This document shows, one piece after another, positions 48,930 to 58,859 of a stretch of 64,000 bases of DNA. Every line of letters begins with the position of its first letter. The first letter of the stretch is position 1. The notes under the pieces were generated by a model, which searched no databases, was not told where the DNA came from, and worked only from the letters and a program-made list of their open reading frames with translations. Location: positions 75,072-139,071 of IMG/VR virus record IMGVR_UViG_3300009155_000040, one strand, 5' to 3'. The translations under genes and the position numbers were made by a program. Source of the stretch: a virus.

Positions 48930-51900
48930 ATGGCAACATTACAATCACCAGGCGTATCAGTTACGGTAGTCGACGAGAGTTTTTACACACCAGCAGAACC
49001 TGGTACAACTCCTCTTATTATTGTAGCTACAGCCCAAGATAAACTAAATGGAGCAGGTACGAGCACTGCTTCAGGAACTACAAAAGCAAATGCCGGACAG
49101 GCATTTAAAATGACAAGCCAAAAAGATCTAGTAGATACTTTTGGTGTACCATTTTTTGAAAAGACAGCTTCATCAAACCCAATACACGGTGGCGAGCGCA
49201 ACGAATATGGTTTGTTAGCAGCTTACAGTTTGTTAGGTGTTAGCAATGCTGCTTTCATTGTACGTGCAGACGTAGATTTAGCTCAACTAGAAGGTTCAGC
49301 AAACGCCCCGGGAGCAATGCCAGATGATGGCGCATGGTGGATTGATTCACAAACTTCAGTTTGGGGAATTCAAGAATGGAACGGCAATGCAGCTAGTACA
49401 GTTGGCGGACAAAAATTCACAACAAAAAGCCCAATCGTTTTAACAGACGACAACGCAGCTAAAATTACCAGCGGCATGCCAAAAGATTCTGTAGGTACTA
49501 TTGGCGATTACGCTGTGGTATTACAAGATTCTGCAACAGACAAAACAGCTAGAATTTATTACAAATCCGCAGGTAACGTTGCCTACGGTGTCCAAGCAGG
49601 CGAATGGGTGCTACTTGGAAGTGCTGAATGGAAGGCGAGTTTTGCAATTGCTGGCGGAAAACAAGCATACGCAATTCCAGCTGCAACTGTTGGAATTAAA
49701 TTCAACGGTGGCTCAACAATTAGTATTTTAAATACAGACACTGCATCCGCAGCAGCAACTAAAATCAGCGGAGCTGGCGGTGGCATCAAAGCAAACGTAG
49801 ATAGTTCTGGTAGATTGTATGTCTATGCAGACGGCACATCAAACAACGGTTTAGTTACTATTGCATTTGTTTCTGGTTCAGATGCAGATAAAGCAAAATT
49901 AGGTATTGTTGCAGGAACTTACAAAGTACCAGCATTACAACAAACACCACATACACAAGTTCCACAATGGAAAAGATCCTCACCGGACTACAATGACGGT
50001 CAAGCAACAGGTTCTGTATGGATTAAGACCACTGAGCCAAACGGCGGCGCTCGCATAAGAGTTAAACGTTGGGACAGCGGTTCAGAAACTTGGGTCAGCT
50101 ACGAATGTCCAATGTACAAATCAAATAGCCAAGCAATTTATTTCCTAGACCGTTCAGGTGGCGGAGCTGGATTAGCAGCTAATGACTTATACGTTGAAAC
50201 AAATGCTAACGAAGAAGACGGATTAGATATAACTCCAGAAACAGCAGTTTTTAAATTCTTTAAAAGAAAAACAGCAGGTGTTACAACGGTAGTTTCAGCA
50301 GTTGCAGGAGTTGCAAGTGCAGGAACATATAGTTTTGGTATGGCTGAAACTGTAATTGGCAGCAAAGAACTTTCTACAGCAAAAACAATTTCAATAACAT
50401 TAACCCACAGTGCGGGTACAGATGCTGATAGGATTGCTACTGCAATCAATGCAGCAGGTTTTGTCAACGTTGAAGCTAGTGTTACCACAGACAACCGTGT
50501 ACAACTTGTACACAAATTAGGTGGCGATATTAGATTCACAGAAGGCACCGGCGGTGTTATTGGTGATCTATTTGCAGGTCAAACAAATGTATACGATAAA
50601 GAAATCGGCGACAGCACATTTGACTACAGAGCTAGTTTATGGGCACCATTAATTGACAGTTCAGCACAGGTAACTGCCGATGAACCATTAAATGAGCCAT
50701 CAGATGGACAACTATGGTACAATCCAGAATTTAGCGAAGTGGACATTATGGTACACAACGGACAAATTTGGGTTGGTTACAGAGCTGTTGGATCTCCATA
50801 CAGCACTAAATCATCAAATGATACAGGTTATGCACCGATGGTTTCTGCTTCAAATCCATACGTTGCAGGCGAAACAGTCAACGGCGACCTTTGGATCAGC
50901 ACAGCAGATTTAGAAAACTTCCCAACAATTTATCGATACAACGATTCGATTAGCGGCCCTGCATCAACAAAATGGGAACTAGTTGACAAGACTGATCAAC
51001 AAACAGAATCAGGAATTTTATTCGCTGATGCACGTTGGGGTGACGATGGATCAGTAACACCTTCAACACAAACATCAATCGAAGACTTATTGATCAGCAA
51101 CTTTGTTGATTTTGACAGTCCGGATCCATCACTATACCCACAAGGTATGCTACTATGGAACTTGCGTAGAAGTGGTGGTAACGTTAAGAAATATAGAAAC
51201 AGCTACATTAATCAAGCACAAGATAACGAGCGTTACAAAGCAGGCCTAACACAAAGCGATGGTGGTTTTGCTCCAACAAGTGGCGACAGCATGAGTGCAT
51301 ACGCAACTGACCGCTGGGTTACAGCAAGTCCGAACAATGAAGACGGTTCAGGCAGCTTTGGTCGTCATGCACAACGTGGTGTTGTTGTTGCAGCACTTAA
51401 GAGTGTTGTTGACACAAGCTCATCAATCCGTGACGAAGAACGTCGTAACTTTAACTTGATCGCTGCGCCTGGATACACTGAGCTACTAAGCAACTTGATC
51501 AACTTAAACATTGATCGTGGCTTAACAGCGTTTGTGGTTGGCGATACACCATTCCGTTTACCAGCAGATGCTACAAGTTTAACTAACTGGGGTTCAAACG
51601 CCGAGTTAGTAACAGACAACGGCGATATGGGCCTAGTGTCATATGATGAATATGCAGCGGTATTTTACCCAAGCGGCTTCACTACAGACTTAGGTGGTTC
51701 TAATGCAGTTGTTCCTCCAGCACATATGATGCTAAAAACTATCGCACTAAGTGACAATGTTGCTTATCCATGGTTTGCACCAGCTGGTACAAGACGCGGC
51801 GGCATTACTAACGCAACAGCAGTTGGTTATATTGATGCACTAAGCGGCGAATTCCAGACAGTAGCATTAAACGAAGGACAACGCGATACATTATATGATC

Positions 51901-52295
51901 TAAAAATTAACCCGATCACATTCTTTAACGGTGTTGGTTTAGTTAACTACGGTCAAAAAACTCGTGCTAGAAATGCTTCTGCACTAGATAGAATTAACGT
52001 AGCACGTTTGGTAGTGTATCTACGTAGCCAGTTGAATAAACTTGCTCGCCCATACATCTTTGAACCAAATGATAAAATCACACGTGATGAAATCAAACAA
52101 GCATGTGAAAGTTTGTTGCTTGAATTAGTAGGTTTAAGAGCCCTATACGACTTTGCAGTTGTATGTGATGAAAGCAATAACACACCTGCAAGGATCGACC
52201 GCAATGAATTGTATGTAGACATTGCAATTGAGCCAGTAAAAGCAGTTGAATTCATTTACATTCCATTACGTGTCAAGAACACAGGAGAGATTTAA
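48930..52295 (+). CDS. gp18: Tail sheath protein, enlarged (1121 aa)
   Basis: LQSPGVSVTVVDES start, PWFAPAG.RRG, KINPI, GQKT...SALDRINVARL, FEPND and VDIAIEPVKAVEFIYIP motifs. TAAATA at 48890. Confidence 0.95.
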   Translation: MATLQSPGVSVTVVDESFYTPAEPGTTPLIIVATAQDKLNGAGTSTASGTTKANAGQAFKMTSQKDLVDTFGVPFFEKTASSNPIHGGERNEYGLLAAYSLLGVSNAAFIVRADVDLAQLEGSANAPGAMPDDGAWWIDSQTSVWGIQEWNGNAASTVGGQKFTTKSPIVLTDDNAAKITSGMPKDSVGTIGDYAVVLQDSATDKTARIYYKSAGNVAYGVQAGEWVLLGSAEWKASFAIAGGKQAYAIPAATVGIKFNGGSTISILNTDTASAAATKISGAGGGIKANVDSSGRLYVYADGTSNNGLVTIAFVSGSDADKAKLGIVAGTYKVPALQQTPHTQVPQWKRSSPDYNDGQATGSVWIKTTEPNGGARIRVKRWDSGSETWVSYECPMYKSNSQAIYFLDRSGGGAGLAANDLYVETNANEEDGLDITPETAVFKFFKRKTAGVTTVVSAVAGVASAGTYSFGMAETVIGSKELSTAKTISITLTHSAGTDADRIATAINAAGFVNVEASVTTDNRVQLVHKLGGDIRFTEGTGGVIGDLFAGQTNVYDKEIGDSTFDYRASLWAPLIDSSAQVTADEPLNEPSDGQLWYNPEFSEVDIMVHNGQIWVGYRAVGSPYSTKSSNDTGYAPMVSASNPYVAGETVNGDLWISTADLENFPTIYRYNDSISGPASTKWELVDKTDQQTESGILFADARWGDDGSVTPSTQTSIEDLLISNFVDFDSPDPSLYPQGMLLWNLRRSGGNVKKYRNSYINQAQDNERYKAGLTQSDGGFAPTSGDSMSAYATDRWVTASPNNEDGSGSFGRHAQRGVVVAALKSVVDTSSSIRDEERRNFNLIAAPGYTELLSNLINLNIDRGLTAFVVGDTPFRLPADATSLTNWGSNAELVTDNGDMGLVSYDEYAAVFYPSGFTTDLGGSNAVVPPAHMMLKTIALSDNVAYPWFAPAGTRRGGITNATAVGYIDALSGEFQTVALNEGQRDTLYDLKINPITFFNGVGLVNYGQKTRARNASALDRINVARLVVYLRSQLNKLARPYIFEPNDKITRDEIKQACESLLLELVGLRALYDFAVVCDESNNTPARIDRNELYVDIAIEPVKAVEFIYIPLRVKNTGEI

Positions 52296-52297
52296 AA

Positions 52298-52933
52298 ATG
52301 CCTATTACCTCATTAAATAACATGACAGTTCCAACGGCTGGAGGTACGCAAGTACTTCTAATGCCTAAACTGAAATATCGCTTTAGAGTGACTCTCCTAG
52401 GCTTTGGTGTTTCAGCAGCAACTGAATTAACAAAACAAGTTGCAGACGTAACTCGTCCTAAAGTAAACTTTGAAGAAATTGCTTTAGATGTTTACAACAG
52501 TAAAGTTTACCTAGCTGGTAAACCAAGCTTCGAAACATTAACATTAACACTACGTGATGATGCTAGTGGTGAAGTGCAAAAACTAGTTGGACAACAAATC
52601 CAGAAACAATTCGACTTCTTAGAACAAGCATCTGCACGTTCTGGTATCGATTACAAGTTTACAACACGTATTGAAGTATTAGACGGTGGAAACGCTGCTC
52701 TAACACCAAACGTTCTAGAAACAATTAATATGTATGGTTGTATTGTTATGAACGCAGATTACGGTGATATGAACTATGGTACAAACGAAGCAGCAACAGT
52801 AGCATTAACCATCCGCTTTGATAACATGGAGCAATGGGGTGCTGGTGCAGCAGACGTTGGTGTTGGTATTGGTGCAACAGTTGGTCGAACACTTGGCCAA
52901 GCTGTTACTGGTGCTGGTACACAAACAGCTTAA
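52298..52933 (+). CDS. gp19: Tail tube protein
   Basis: PKLKYRFRV, V.RP.V.FEE and WE.LTLTLRDD-like motifs; directly after the sheath gene. Confidence 0.85.
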   Translation: MPITSLNNMTVPTAGGTQVLLMPKLKYRFRVTLLGFGVSAATELTKQVADVTRPKVNFEEIALDVYNSKVYLAGKPSFETLTLTLRDDASGEVQKLVGQQIQKQFDFLEQASARSGIDYKFTTRIEVLDGGNAALTPNVLETINMYGCIVMNADYGDMNYGTNEAATVALTIRFDNMEQWGAGAADVGVGIGATVGRTLGQAVTGAGTQTA

Positions 52934-52950
52934 TAGTAACATTAACAAAG

Positions 52951-52976
52951 AACCCGAGTTTAACTCGGGTTTTTTT
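52951..52976 (+). terminator. Rho-independent terminator after gp19
   Basis: AACCCGAGTT-T-AACTCGGGTT inverted repeat plus T run. Confidence 0.9.
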
Positions 52977-52992
52977 GTGACATAAATATTGT

Positions 52993-54093
52993 ATGGCAAA
53001 TAAATTCACACGTTTCTTAAACGACTTCGCTTCCGGTGCTGTTAAAGGTATTACTAATCCTAAGGGCTTGGTATCTAACTGGCAACATGCTACTAGAATT
53101 TTTATCGATGACACCTATCGATTATCGCCTAGAACGAAATTCATGTTCTATGTGCGTTTTGAGATTGACTCGTCAGCACATAAAGCACCTTCATTTACAG
53201 CAAAGCACGGCACCGAAGTGGGTATGTTAGTAAAGTCAGCTGACTTGCCCAAGTATAGTTTTGATACAACTGTAAAAAATCAATACAACAGAAAAAAAGT
53301 TGTTTACAAACAGATTAATTATGATGCAGTCAATATCACAATGCATGATGACAATGCCGGTATTGTAAATGCACTATGGGCAATTTATTACGGTTACTAT
53401 ATTGCAGATAGATCACAACCTCTAGCAGCGTACGAAGCAACGCAATTAAGACCTACAAAAACTCCAAAAGACAATTTTAGATATGGTATGGATAATGATA
53501 TTAAAACACCATTCTTCAAATCTATCAGTATCTATACCATGAGTCGAAGAAGATTTTTAGGATACACATTGGTAAATCCTAAAATTAAATCTTGGAATCA
53601 CGGATCAGTAGCATATTCAGAAAGCGACACACTTGAGAGTCAGATGACTCTTGAATATGAAGCTGTAAAATATTCAGCTGGAACTGTTAAAGTTAACAAT
53701 CCTAAAGGATTTGCCACTCTACATTATGATACAGTACCAAGCCCATTGAGTGTTGCCGGTGGCGGCGTAAGTAACCTTGCTGGCGAAGGTGGAGTATTAG
53801 ATGGACTAGAACAGATCTTTGGTGATATTAGTAGTGGAAATGCATTTGACAGCGTTGGTGGCTTTTTAGGAACCGCAATTAAATCAATTAACACATATAA
53901 AAACTTCAAAGGACTTACTAAAGAAGGACTTAAAAACGAAGCAATTAATATTTTAAGTAATCCTTCAAACATTGCCACAGCAGTGTCGACAGTCGGTGGA
54001 TATGTTGGAACTATATTTCCAAAGAGTACTAATGCCCAAGAAACAACGCCGGCTACTCAGAGGCAAATGGCGGGTGGGGAGAACATAGCATAA
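52993..54093 (+). CDS. Tail-tube-like protein (gp48/gp54-type tube initiator)
   Basis: VKSADLPKYSF...NQYNRKKVV...YDAVNITMHDD tube fold; ATG lies 4 nt after TAAATA. Confidence 0.65.
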   Translation: MANKFTRFLNDFASGAVKGITNPKGLVSNWQHATRIFIDDTYRLSPRTKFMFYVRFEIDSSAHKAPSFTAKHGTEVGMLVKSADLPKYSFDTTVKNQYNRKKVVYKQINYDAVNITMHDDNAGIVNALWAIYYGYYIADRSQPLAAYEATQLRPTKTPKDNFRYGMDNDIKTPFFKSISIYTMSRRRFLGYTLVNPKIKSWNHGSVAYSESDTLESQMTLEYEAVKYSAGTVKVNNPKGFATLHYDTVPSPLSVAGGGVSNLAGEGGVLDGLEQIFGDISSGNAFDSVGGFLGTAIKSINTYKNFKGLTKEGLKNEAINILSNPSNIATAVSTVGGYVGTIFPKSTNAQETTPATQRQMAGGENIA

Positions 54094-54458
54094 TGGCTAC
54101 CAATCTACCATCAACCGTCGTACAAGATAGTGCAGCAGGCACCAAATTATTTTTTGACAACTATGGCGACGAACCTTTAGAATTTAATGCTGTAGACGTT
54201 GCAGCGGCAACAGCATTTTTTGAAAAAAGAGGATTCGGTCAAGAGGCTGCTATAGTAGTAGCAACTACCGTTTTAAAACAAGCAAAGCTAGACAACACGC
54301 CTATTTTTAAATTATTAGACACATTAGGCGAATATCCAAATATGGATATTAGTGCATTAGTAGGTGAAATTCTAAACAACAATAGAACTCCTATATCAAC
54401 ATTAGGGTTTAGAACAAAACCCGTTATGCCTACACAAATTAGAAATATATTACCATAA
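54093..54458 (+). CDS. Hypothetical protein (121 aa)
   Basis: TAATG-coupled at both ends. Confidence 0.7.
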   Translation: MATNLPSTVVQDSAAGTKLFFDNYGDEPLEFNAVDVAAATAFFEKRGFGQEAAIVVATTVLKQAKLDNTPIFKLLDTLGEYPNMDISALVGEILNNNRTPISTLGFRTKPVMPTQIRNILP

Positions 54459-54898
54459 TGGCAAAATTTGCTCAGGGTCGATTTGATATGAAGAATCCTG
54501 ATAAGTACATTGGGATTAAAACGCCATTGGCTCGCAGCAGTTGGGAGTTTGTGTTTATGCGAATGCTAGACGAACATCCTAGTGTAGAAAAATGGGCCAG
54601 CGAATCAATTCAAATTCCTTATCGAGATCCCCTCACTGGCAAAAGCACAATATATGTTCCGGACTTTTTTATCAACTATGTAGATAAGAATGGCAAAAAA
54701 CACGCCGAAGTTGTAGAAATAAAACCATTGAGTCAAACCAAGTTGGAAAACGTTGGCAAAAGCCAATACAATCAACAGCAGTATGTTAAAAATATGGCAA
54801 AATGGGAAGCAGCACAAGCATGGTGCAAGCAAAAAGGTGTCAGATTTCGTATTGTAAATGAAGGGGATATTTTCCATCAGGGTGGAAAACGTAGATAA
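54458..54898 (+). CDS. gp4: Head completion protein (TnsA-like nuclease fold)
   Basis: KNPDKYIG, RSSWE..FM..LD, WASESIQIPY, YVPDF and EIKP motifs. Confidence 0.88.
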   Translation: MAKFAQGRFDMKNPDKYIGIKTPLARSSWEFVFMRMLDEHPSVEKWASESIQIPYRDPLTGKSTIYVPDFFINYVDKNGKKHAEVVEIKPLSQTKLENVGKSQYNQQQYVKNMAKWEAAQAWCKQKGVRFRIVNEGDIFHQGGKRR

Positions 54899-54905
54899 GT
54901 AAAGT

Positions 54906-55382
54906 ATGACTAAAAAATTAGAAGAACTTTTTAATCTAGACGAAGTTAAACCGCAAGAAGAACCTGCGGTTGAAAAACCCACGCACGAAGAAGTACAGAG
55001 TCTTGATCAAAGCTATCAAGCAGTACAGGCAATAACACGTGGGCTTCCGCAGATTAAAGAGTTGGATGCAATTAACGACGCAGAATTAGATAGTTTAGCA
55101 ACCAAAGCTGAAAAAGCCTATGACGATTTAATGGATCTGGGCATGAATGTAGAAGTACGCTATAGCGGGCGTATTTTTGAAGTAGCGGGTACAATGCTTA
55201 AAACCGCAGTTGATGCTAAATCAGCTAAAATTGACAAAAAATTAAAAGCCGTTGATCTACAGTTGAAAAAACTAAAGATCGATAATGACAACAATACAGA
55301 CCCTAACGATGTTCTAAACGGAGTTGGTTACGTGATTACAGACCGTAACGAGCTGCTTAAGAAATTGGGTCAAAAGAACTAA
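54906..55382 (+). CDS. gp16: Terminase small subunit
   Basis: L.DLGMNVE.RYSGRIFEVAG.MLK resembles the gp16 SPRAYEVA region; near gp17. Confidence 0.7.
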   Translation: MTKKLEELFNLDEVKPQEEPAVEKPTHEEVQSLDQSYQAVQAITRGLPQIKELDAINDAELDSLATKAEKAYDDLMDLGMNVEVRYSGRIFEVAGTMLKTAVDAKSAKIDKKLKAVDLQLKKLKIDNDNNTDPNDVLNGVGYVITDRNELLKKLGQKN

Positions 55383-55390
55383 ATACAACT

Positions 55391-55978
55391 ATGAAGACTT
55401 TTAAAGATTATCTTGTTGAAAACAAAAAACTTTACAGCTTTAAGATTAAAGTTGCTGGAGAAGTACCTAAAAACTTTCAGGAAGAGTTAAAGACTCGACT
55501 AGAACGTTGTAAGGTGGCGACCTTGGAAAAAGCATCAAAAACGCCAATCCAAGCATTGCCAATAGATTTCCCAGACCATCCAAATTCAGAAGTAACAATT
55601 TACGAAGTAGCATGTGAGTATCCGATTACATCACCGGAAATCATCCATGATATTAAAGAACTTGGGCTTCCTGAAAGTTGTTTCCGTGTAAGAGGTTCAG
55701 GCGAGCCCGGCGAAGAGCAGCAGGTGTTAACCGATGTTGAAACTTCGAAGGATCCGTTACTTACTGATTCTCAGTATAAGGAAACAGGAAAAGTTACTCA
55801 CAAAGATTATTTTGGAGATGACTTCAATAAGAGTTTCTTAAAAGACTTGAGCAAAGCATCTAAAGAGCGTAAAAAAGAAGGCACTCAAGTAGAATACAAG
55901 ATTTCAAAACAAAAACAAGACAAAGCGGGTATGCAATCTCCTATGAGCAAAGCACCAGCCCGATCAAAGGACAAGTAA
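55391..55978 (+). CDS. Putative internal head protein (195 aa)
   Basis: N-terminus MKTFKDYLVE resembles the T4 capsid-targeting sequence; ATG lies 5 nt after TAAATA. Confidence 0.55.
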   Translation: MKTFKDYLVENKKLYSFKIKVAGEVPKNFQEELKTRLERCKVATLEKASKTPIQALPIDFPDHPNSEVTIYEVACEYPITSPEIIHDIKELGLPESCFRVRGSGEPGEEQQVLTDVETSKDPLLTDSQYKETGKVTHKDYFGDDFNKSFLKDLSKASKERKKEGTQVEYKISKQKQDKAGMQSPMSKAPARSKDK

Positions 55979-55979
55979 A

Positions 55980-56756
55980 ATGAACTTTCACCAGTTACTA
56001 TCAAAAATGCAAGAGTTAGATCAACCTGTAACAACAGCACCAACTAACGAAGCAACAATTGAAGAATGTGGCGATATGCCTCCAGCTCCGATGGGAATGG
56101 AACATAAAGATACTCCACCACCAAGCATGAGCGTAAATCTTAATGCTCAAGGTTTAGATGACATTGCTGAATTAATGAAGTTAATGACTAAAGTTAATCC
56201 AGACATGATCAATCAACCAGATAGCATGCCAGACCACGGTGTGGATAAATTATTACCTCCACCTGCTGGCCCATCAATGGCAGATCTAAGAGACAAAATG
56301 ATTGAGCCAGAGCCAATTGATGCAGACGGTGAAGAAGACGGTCCTTTAGATCATGATGATGATGAAGGCATTGGCGGTGAGATCGCAGGTAATGCTGCTG
56401 GATCGTTAGCAGGCGGCGCACTTGGCACAGCAGTTGGTGGACCAATCGGCGGTGCTATCGGTGGCGCTGTTGGCGGTGTTGCAGGTGGCGCACTTGGTGA
56501 CAAGATCACAGGCGGCGAAGAAGAAAAAGAAAGTTTTGCCAACTCACTAGACGGCGACGAAGGTCCTGACTACAAAGATACAGATTACATGGTTAACAAA
56601 CTTGCTGGTGGCATGAACAAGCCAAAGGCAATGGTTAAGCATAGTTACAAACAAGGCGACAATCCAATGGCAATGCCAGAAAGCAAAGACGAACTACGTG
56701 CTGCTATTCGTGCAGAATTATTGCAACGCCTATCAGAAGCTAAAGGAGCAAAATAA
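55980..56756 (+). CDS. Acidic, Met/Pro-rich protein with a glycine-zipper segment (258 aa)
   Basis: GxxxG run GNAAGSLAGGALGTAVGGPIGGAIGGAVGGVAGGALG between acidic regions. Confidence 0.6.
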   Translation: MNFHQLLSKMQELDQPVTTAPTNEATIEECGDMPPAPMGMEHKDTPPPSMSVNLNAQGLDDIAELMKLMTKVNPDMINQPDSMPDHGVDKLLPPPAGPSMADLRDKMIEPEPIDADGEEDGPLDHDDDEGIGGEIAGNAAGSLAGGALGTAVGGPIGGAIGGAVGGVAGGALGDKITGGEEEKESFANSLDGDEGPDYKDTDYMVNKLAGGMNKPKAMVKHSYKQGDNPMAMPESKDELRAAIRAELLQRLSEAKGAK

Positions 56757-57202
56757 TGCCAAGTTTATATGGAACTACAGCAACAGGTACATCAGTAAAC
56801 ATTGATGCTAATGCTAGAAAATTATTAGGTGACGGTGCATCTGGTGTTGGTCCTTACACTAGTTTTGGAACACCTCAATTACAGGCACTTAAAATTGTTT
56901 CTGCTACTATAAATTTTACAACTACACCAACAGTGGCTGGTAGTAACTTATCTCTAGCAGTTAGAGGGTTGCAAGATATGGCAGAAGTTTACTATGTTGG
57001 AAAACCAACAGCTAGTGGAGCTAACCAATTTATTGCTTTAGTAGGTATCACTAAAACTGACTCCGGTAACGGATACGGAGCGTCAACTAGTATGGACGGA
57101 TCGTATGAAAATATCGAAGATTCTATTCGTACAGCATTAGGTACCGCAGAAGACGACGTTACAGTAACCGAAGTTGCATTAACTGGATTAACTTTCGCTT
57201 AA
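56756..57202 (+). CDS. Hypothetical structural protein, possibly capsid decoration (148 aa)
   Basis: Thr/Gly/Ala-rich, followed by a strong terminator. Confidence 0.55.
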   Translation: MPSLYGTTATGTSVNIDANARKLLGDGASGVGPYTSFGTPQLQALKIVSATINFTTTPTVAGSNLSLAVRGLQDMAEVYYVGKPTASGANQFIALVGITKTDSGNGYGASTSMDGSYENIEDSIRTALGTAEDDVTVTEVALTGLTFA

Positions 57203-57220
57203 TTCTAAAAACATCAAACC

Positions 57221-57248
57221 AAATAGGCTCTCCGGAGCCTATTTTTTT
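57221..57248 (+). terminator. Rho-independent terminator
   Basis: AAATAGGCTC-TCC-GGAGCCTATTT hairpin plus T run. Confidence 0.9.
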
Positions 57249-57261
57249 CATTAAATAAAGT

Positions 57262-58848
57262 ATGGCAAAAAGTTTAGACGGCGTATTAATTAAAAAAGCT
57301 CATAAGCAAGAGCGTTATACTCTTGAAGAAGTAAAACATCTTGAAGCGTGTATGGATCCGGTCACGGGCCCGCTTTACTTTATGACACACTTTTTAAAAA
57401 TCCAGCACCCTGTAAGAGGCGCTATTGATTTTGAACCTTACGGATTCCAAGTAAGACTAATTGAAGCATATCATACCCATAAAGATGTGATTGCTATGTT
57501 ACCACGTCAGATGGGTAAAACAACCTGTGCCTGCGGATACCTGTTATGGTTTACAATGTTTGTGCCAGAAGCACAGGTGTTGATTGCTGCTCACAAGTAT
57601 GAAGGTGCGCAGGATATTATGAACCGCTATCGTTATGGTTACGAAAACTTGCCGGACTTTATCCGTGCAGGCGTTATCAGTTACAACAGAAACACTATTG
57701 AATATGATAACGGTGCTCGTATACAGGCAACAACAACTACAGAAAACACAGGACGCGGTAAATCTCTTTCATTGATTTATTGCGATGAGTTTGCATTTGT
57801 GCAACCACCAGAAAAAGCCAAAGAGTTCTGGACTGCATTATCACCTACATTGTCAACAGGTGGTCGTGCTATTATTACATCAACACCAAACTCAGACGAA
57901 GATCAGTTTGCTATGATTTGGACTGAAGCCAACAAGAAATTTGACGAGTATGGCAACGAACAAGAATTGGGAGTAAACGGGTTCTTTCCATATTTTGCAG
58001 CATGGAAAGAACATCCAGACCGAGACGATGCATGGGCGGCAGTGGAACGTGCTAAGATTGGTGAAGAACGCTTCCGTCGAGAGTTTGACTGCGAATTCTT
58101 GATTTTTGATGAAACGCTAATCAATGCAGTTAAACTAGCAGAGCTACAAGGTAGTGAACCTAAGATGACAATGGGTCAAACACGCTGGTATAAAGATATC
58201 GATCCAAAACTCACATACCTAGTAGCACTTGATCCTAGTCTAGGAACTGGCGGTGACTATGGTGCTATCCAGGTATACGAAATGCCTAGCATGATTCAGG
58301 TAGCAGAGTGGCATCATAACTTAACTCCTGTGCAGAATCAAGTAAAACACATGAGAGAAATACTGAAATACATACAAACACGTGGTACAGAAAAAGGCGG
58401 AAATCCTCAACTGTACTATAGTGTTGAAAATAACAACATCGGCGAAGCAGCACTTATGGTTATCAGCGACATAGGTGAAGAAAACTTCCCCGGATTATTC
58501 TTAAGTGAACCTATCCGTAAAGGGCACTTCCGTAAATTCCGTAAAGGATTTAATACTACGCATCGTACAAAAGTGTCTACTTGTAGCCAACTTAAAAATC
58601 TGCTAGAAACTAACAAAATGAAGATTAATTCAAGAGCATTGGTTTCAGAATTAAAAACTTTTGTTGCTAGCGGTCTAGGATTTAAGGCAAAATCCGGAGA
58701 ACATGACGATCTAGTAAGTTCTACACTGCTAATTATTCGCATGGCAGATGTACTAGCGGACTGGGATCCTAAAATTTACGACAAAATGACTGAAAAAATC
58801 ACAGAGGAATCAATGCCTATGCCTATCTTTATTAGCACAGGGTTTTGA
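57262..58848 (+). CDS. gp17: Terminase large subunit
   Basis: LPRQMGKTT Walker A, GRGKSLSLIYCDEFAFV, LVALDPSLGTGGDY and HDDLV nuclease motifs; ATG lies 4 nt after TAAATA. Confidence 0.96.
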   Translation: MAKSLDGVLIKKAHKQERYTLEEVKHLEACMDPVTGPLYFMTHFLKIQHPVRGAIDFEPYGFQVRLIEAYHTHKDVIAMLPRQMGKTTCACGYLLWFTMFVPEAQVLIAAHKYEGAQDIMNRYRYGYENLPDFIRAGVISYNRNTIEYDNGARIQATTTTENTGRGKSLSLIYCDEFAFVQPPEKAKEFWTALSPTLSTGGRAIITSTPNSDEDQFAMIWTEANKKFDEYGNEQELGVNGFFPYFAAWKEHPDRDDAWAAVERAKIGEERFRREFDCEFLIFDETLINAVKLAELQGSEPKMTMGQTRWYKDIDPKLTYLVALDPSLGTGGDYGAIQVYEMPSMIQVAEWHHNLTPVQNQVKHMREILKYIQTRGTEKGGNPQLYYSVENNNIGEAALMVISDIGEENFPGLFLSEPIRKGHFRKFRKGFNTTHRTKVSTCSQLKNLLETNKMKINSRALVSELKTFVASGLGFKAKSGEHDDLVSSTLLIIRMADVLADWDPKIYDKMTEKITEESMPMPIFISTGF

Positions 58849-58859
58849 TAAATATACTT

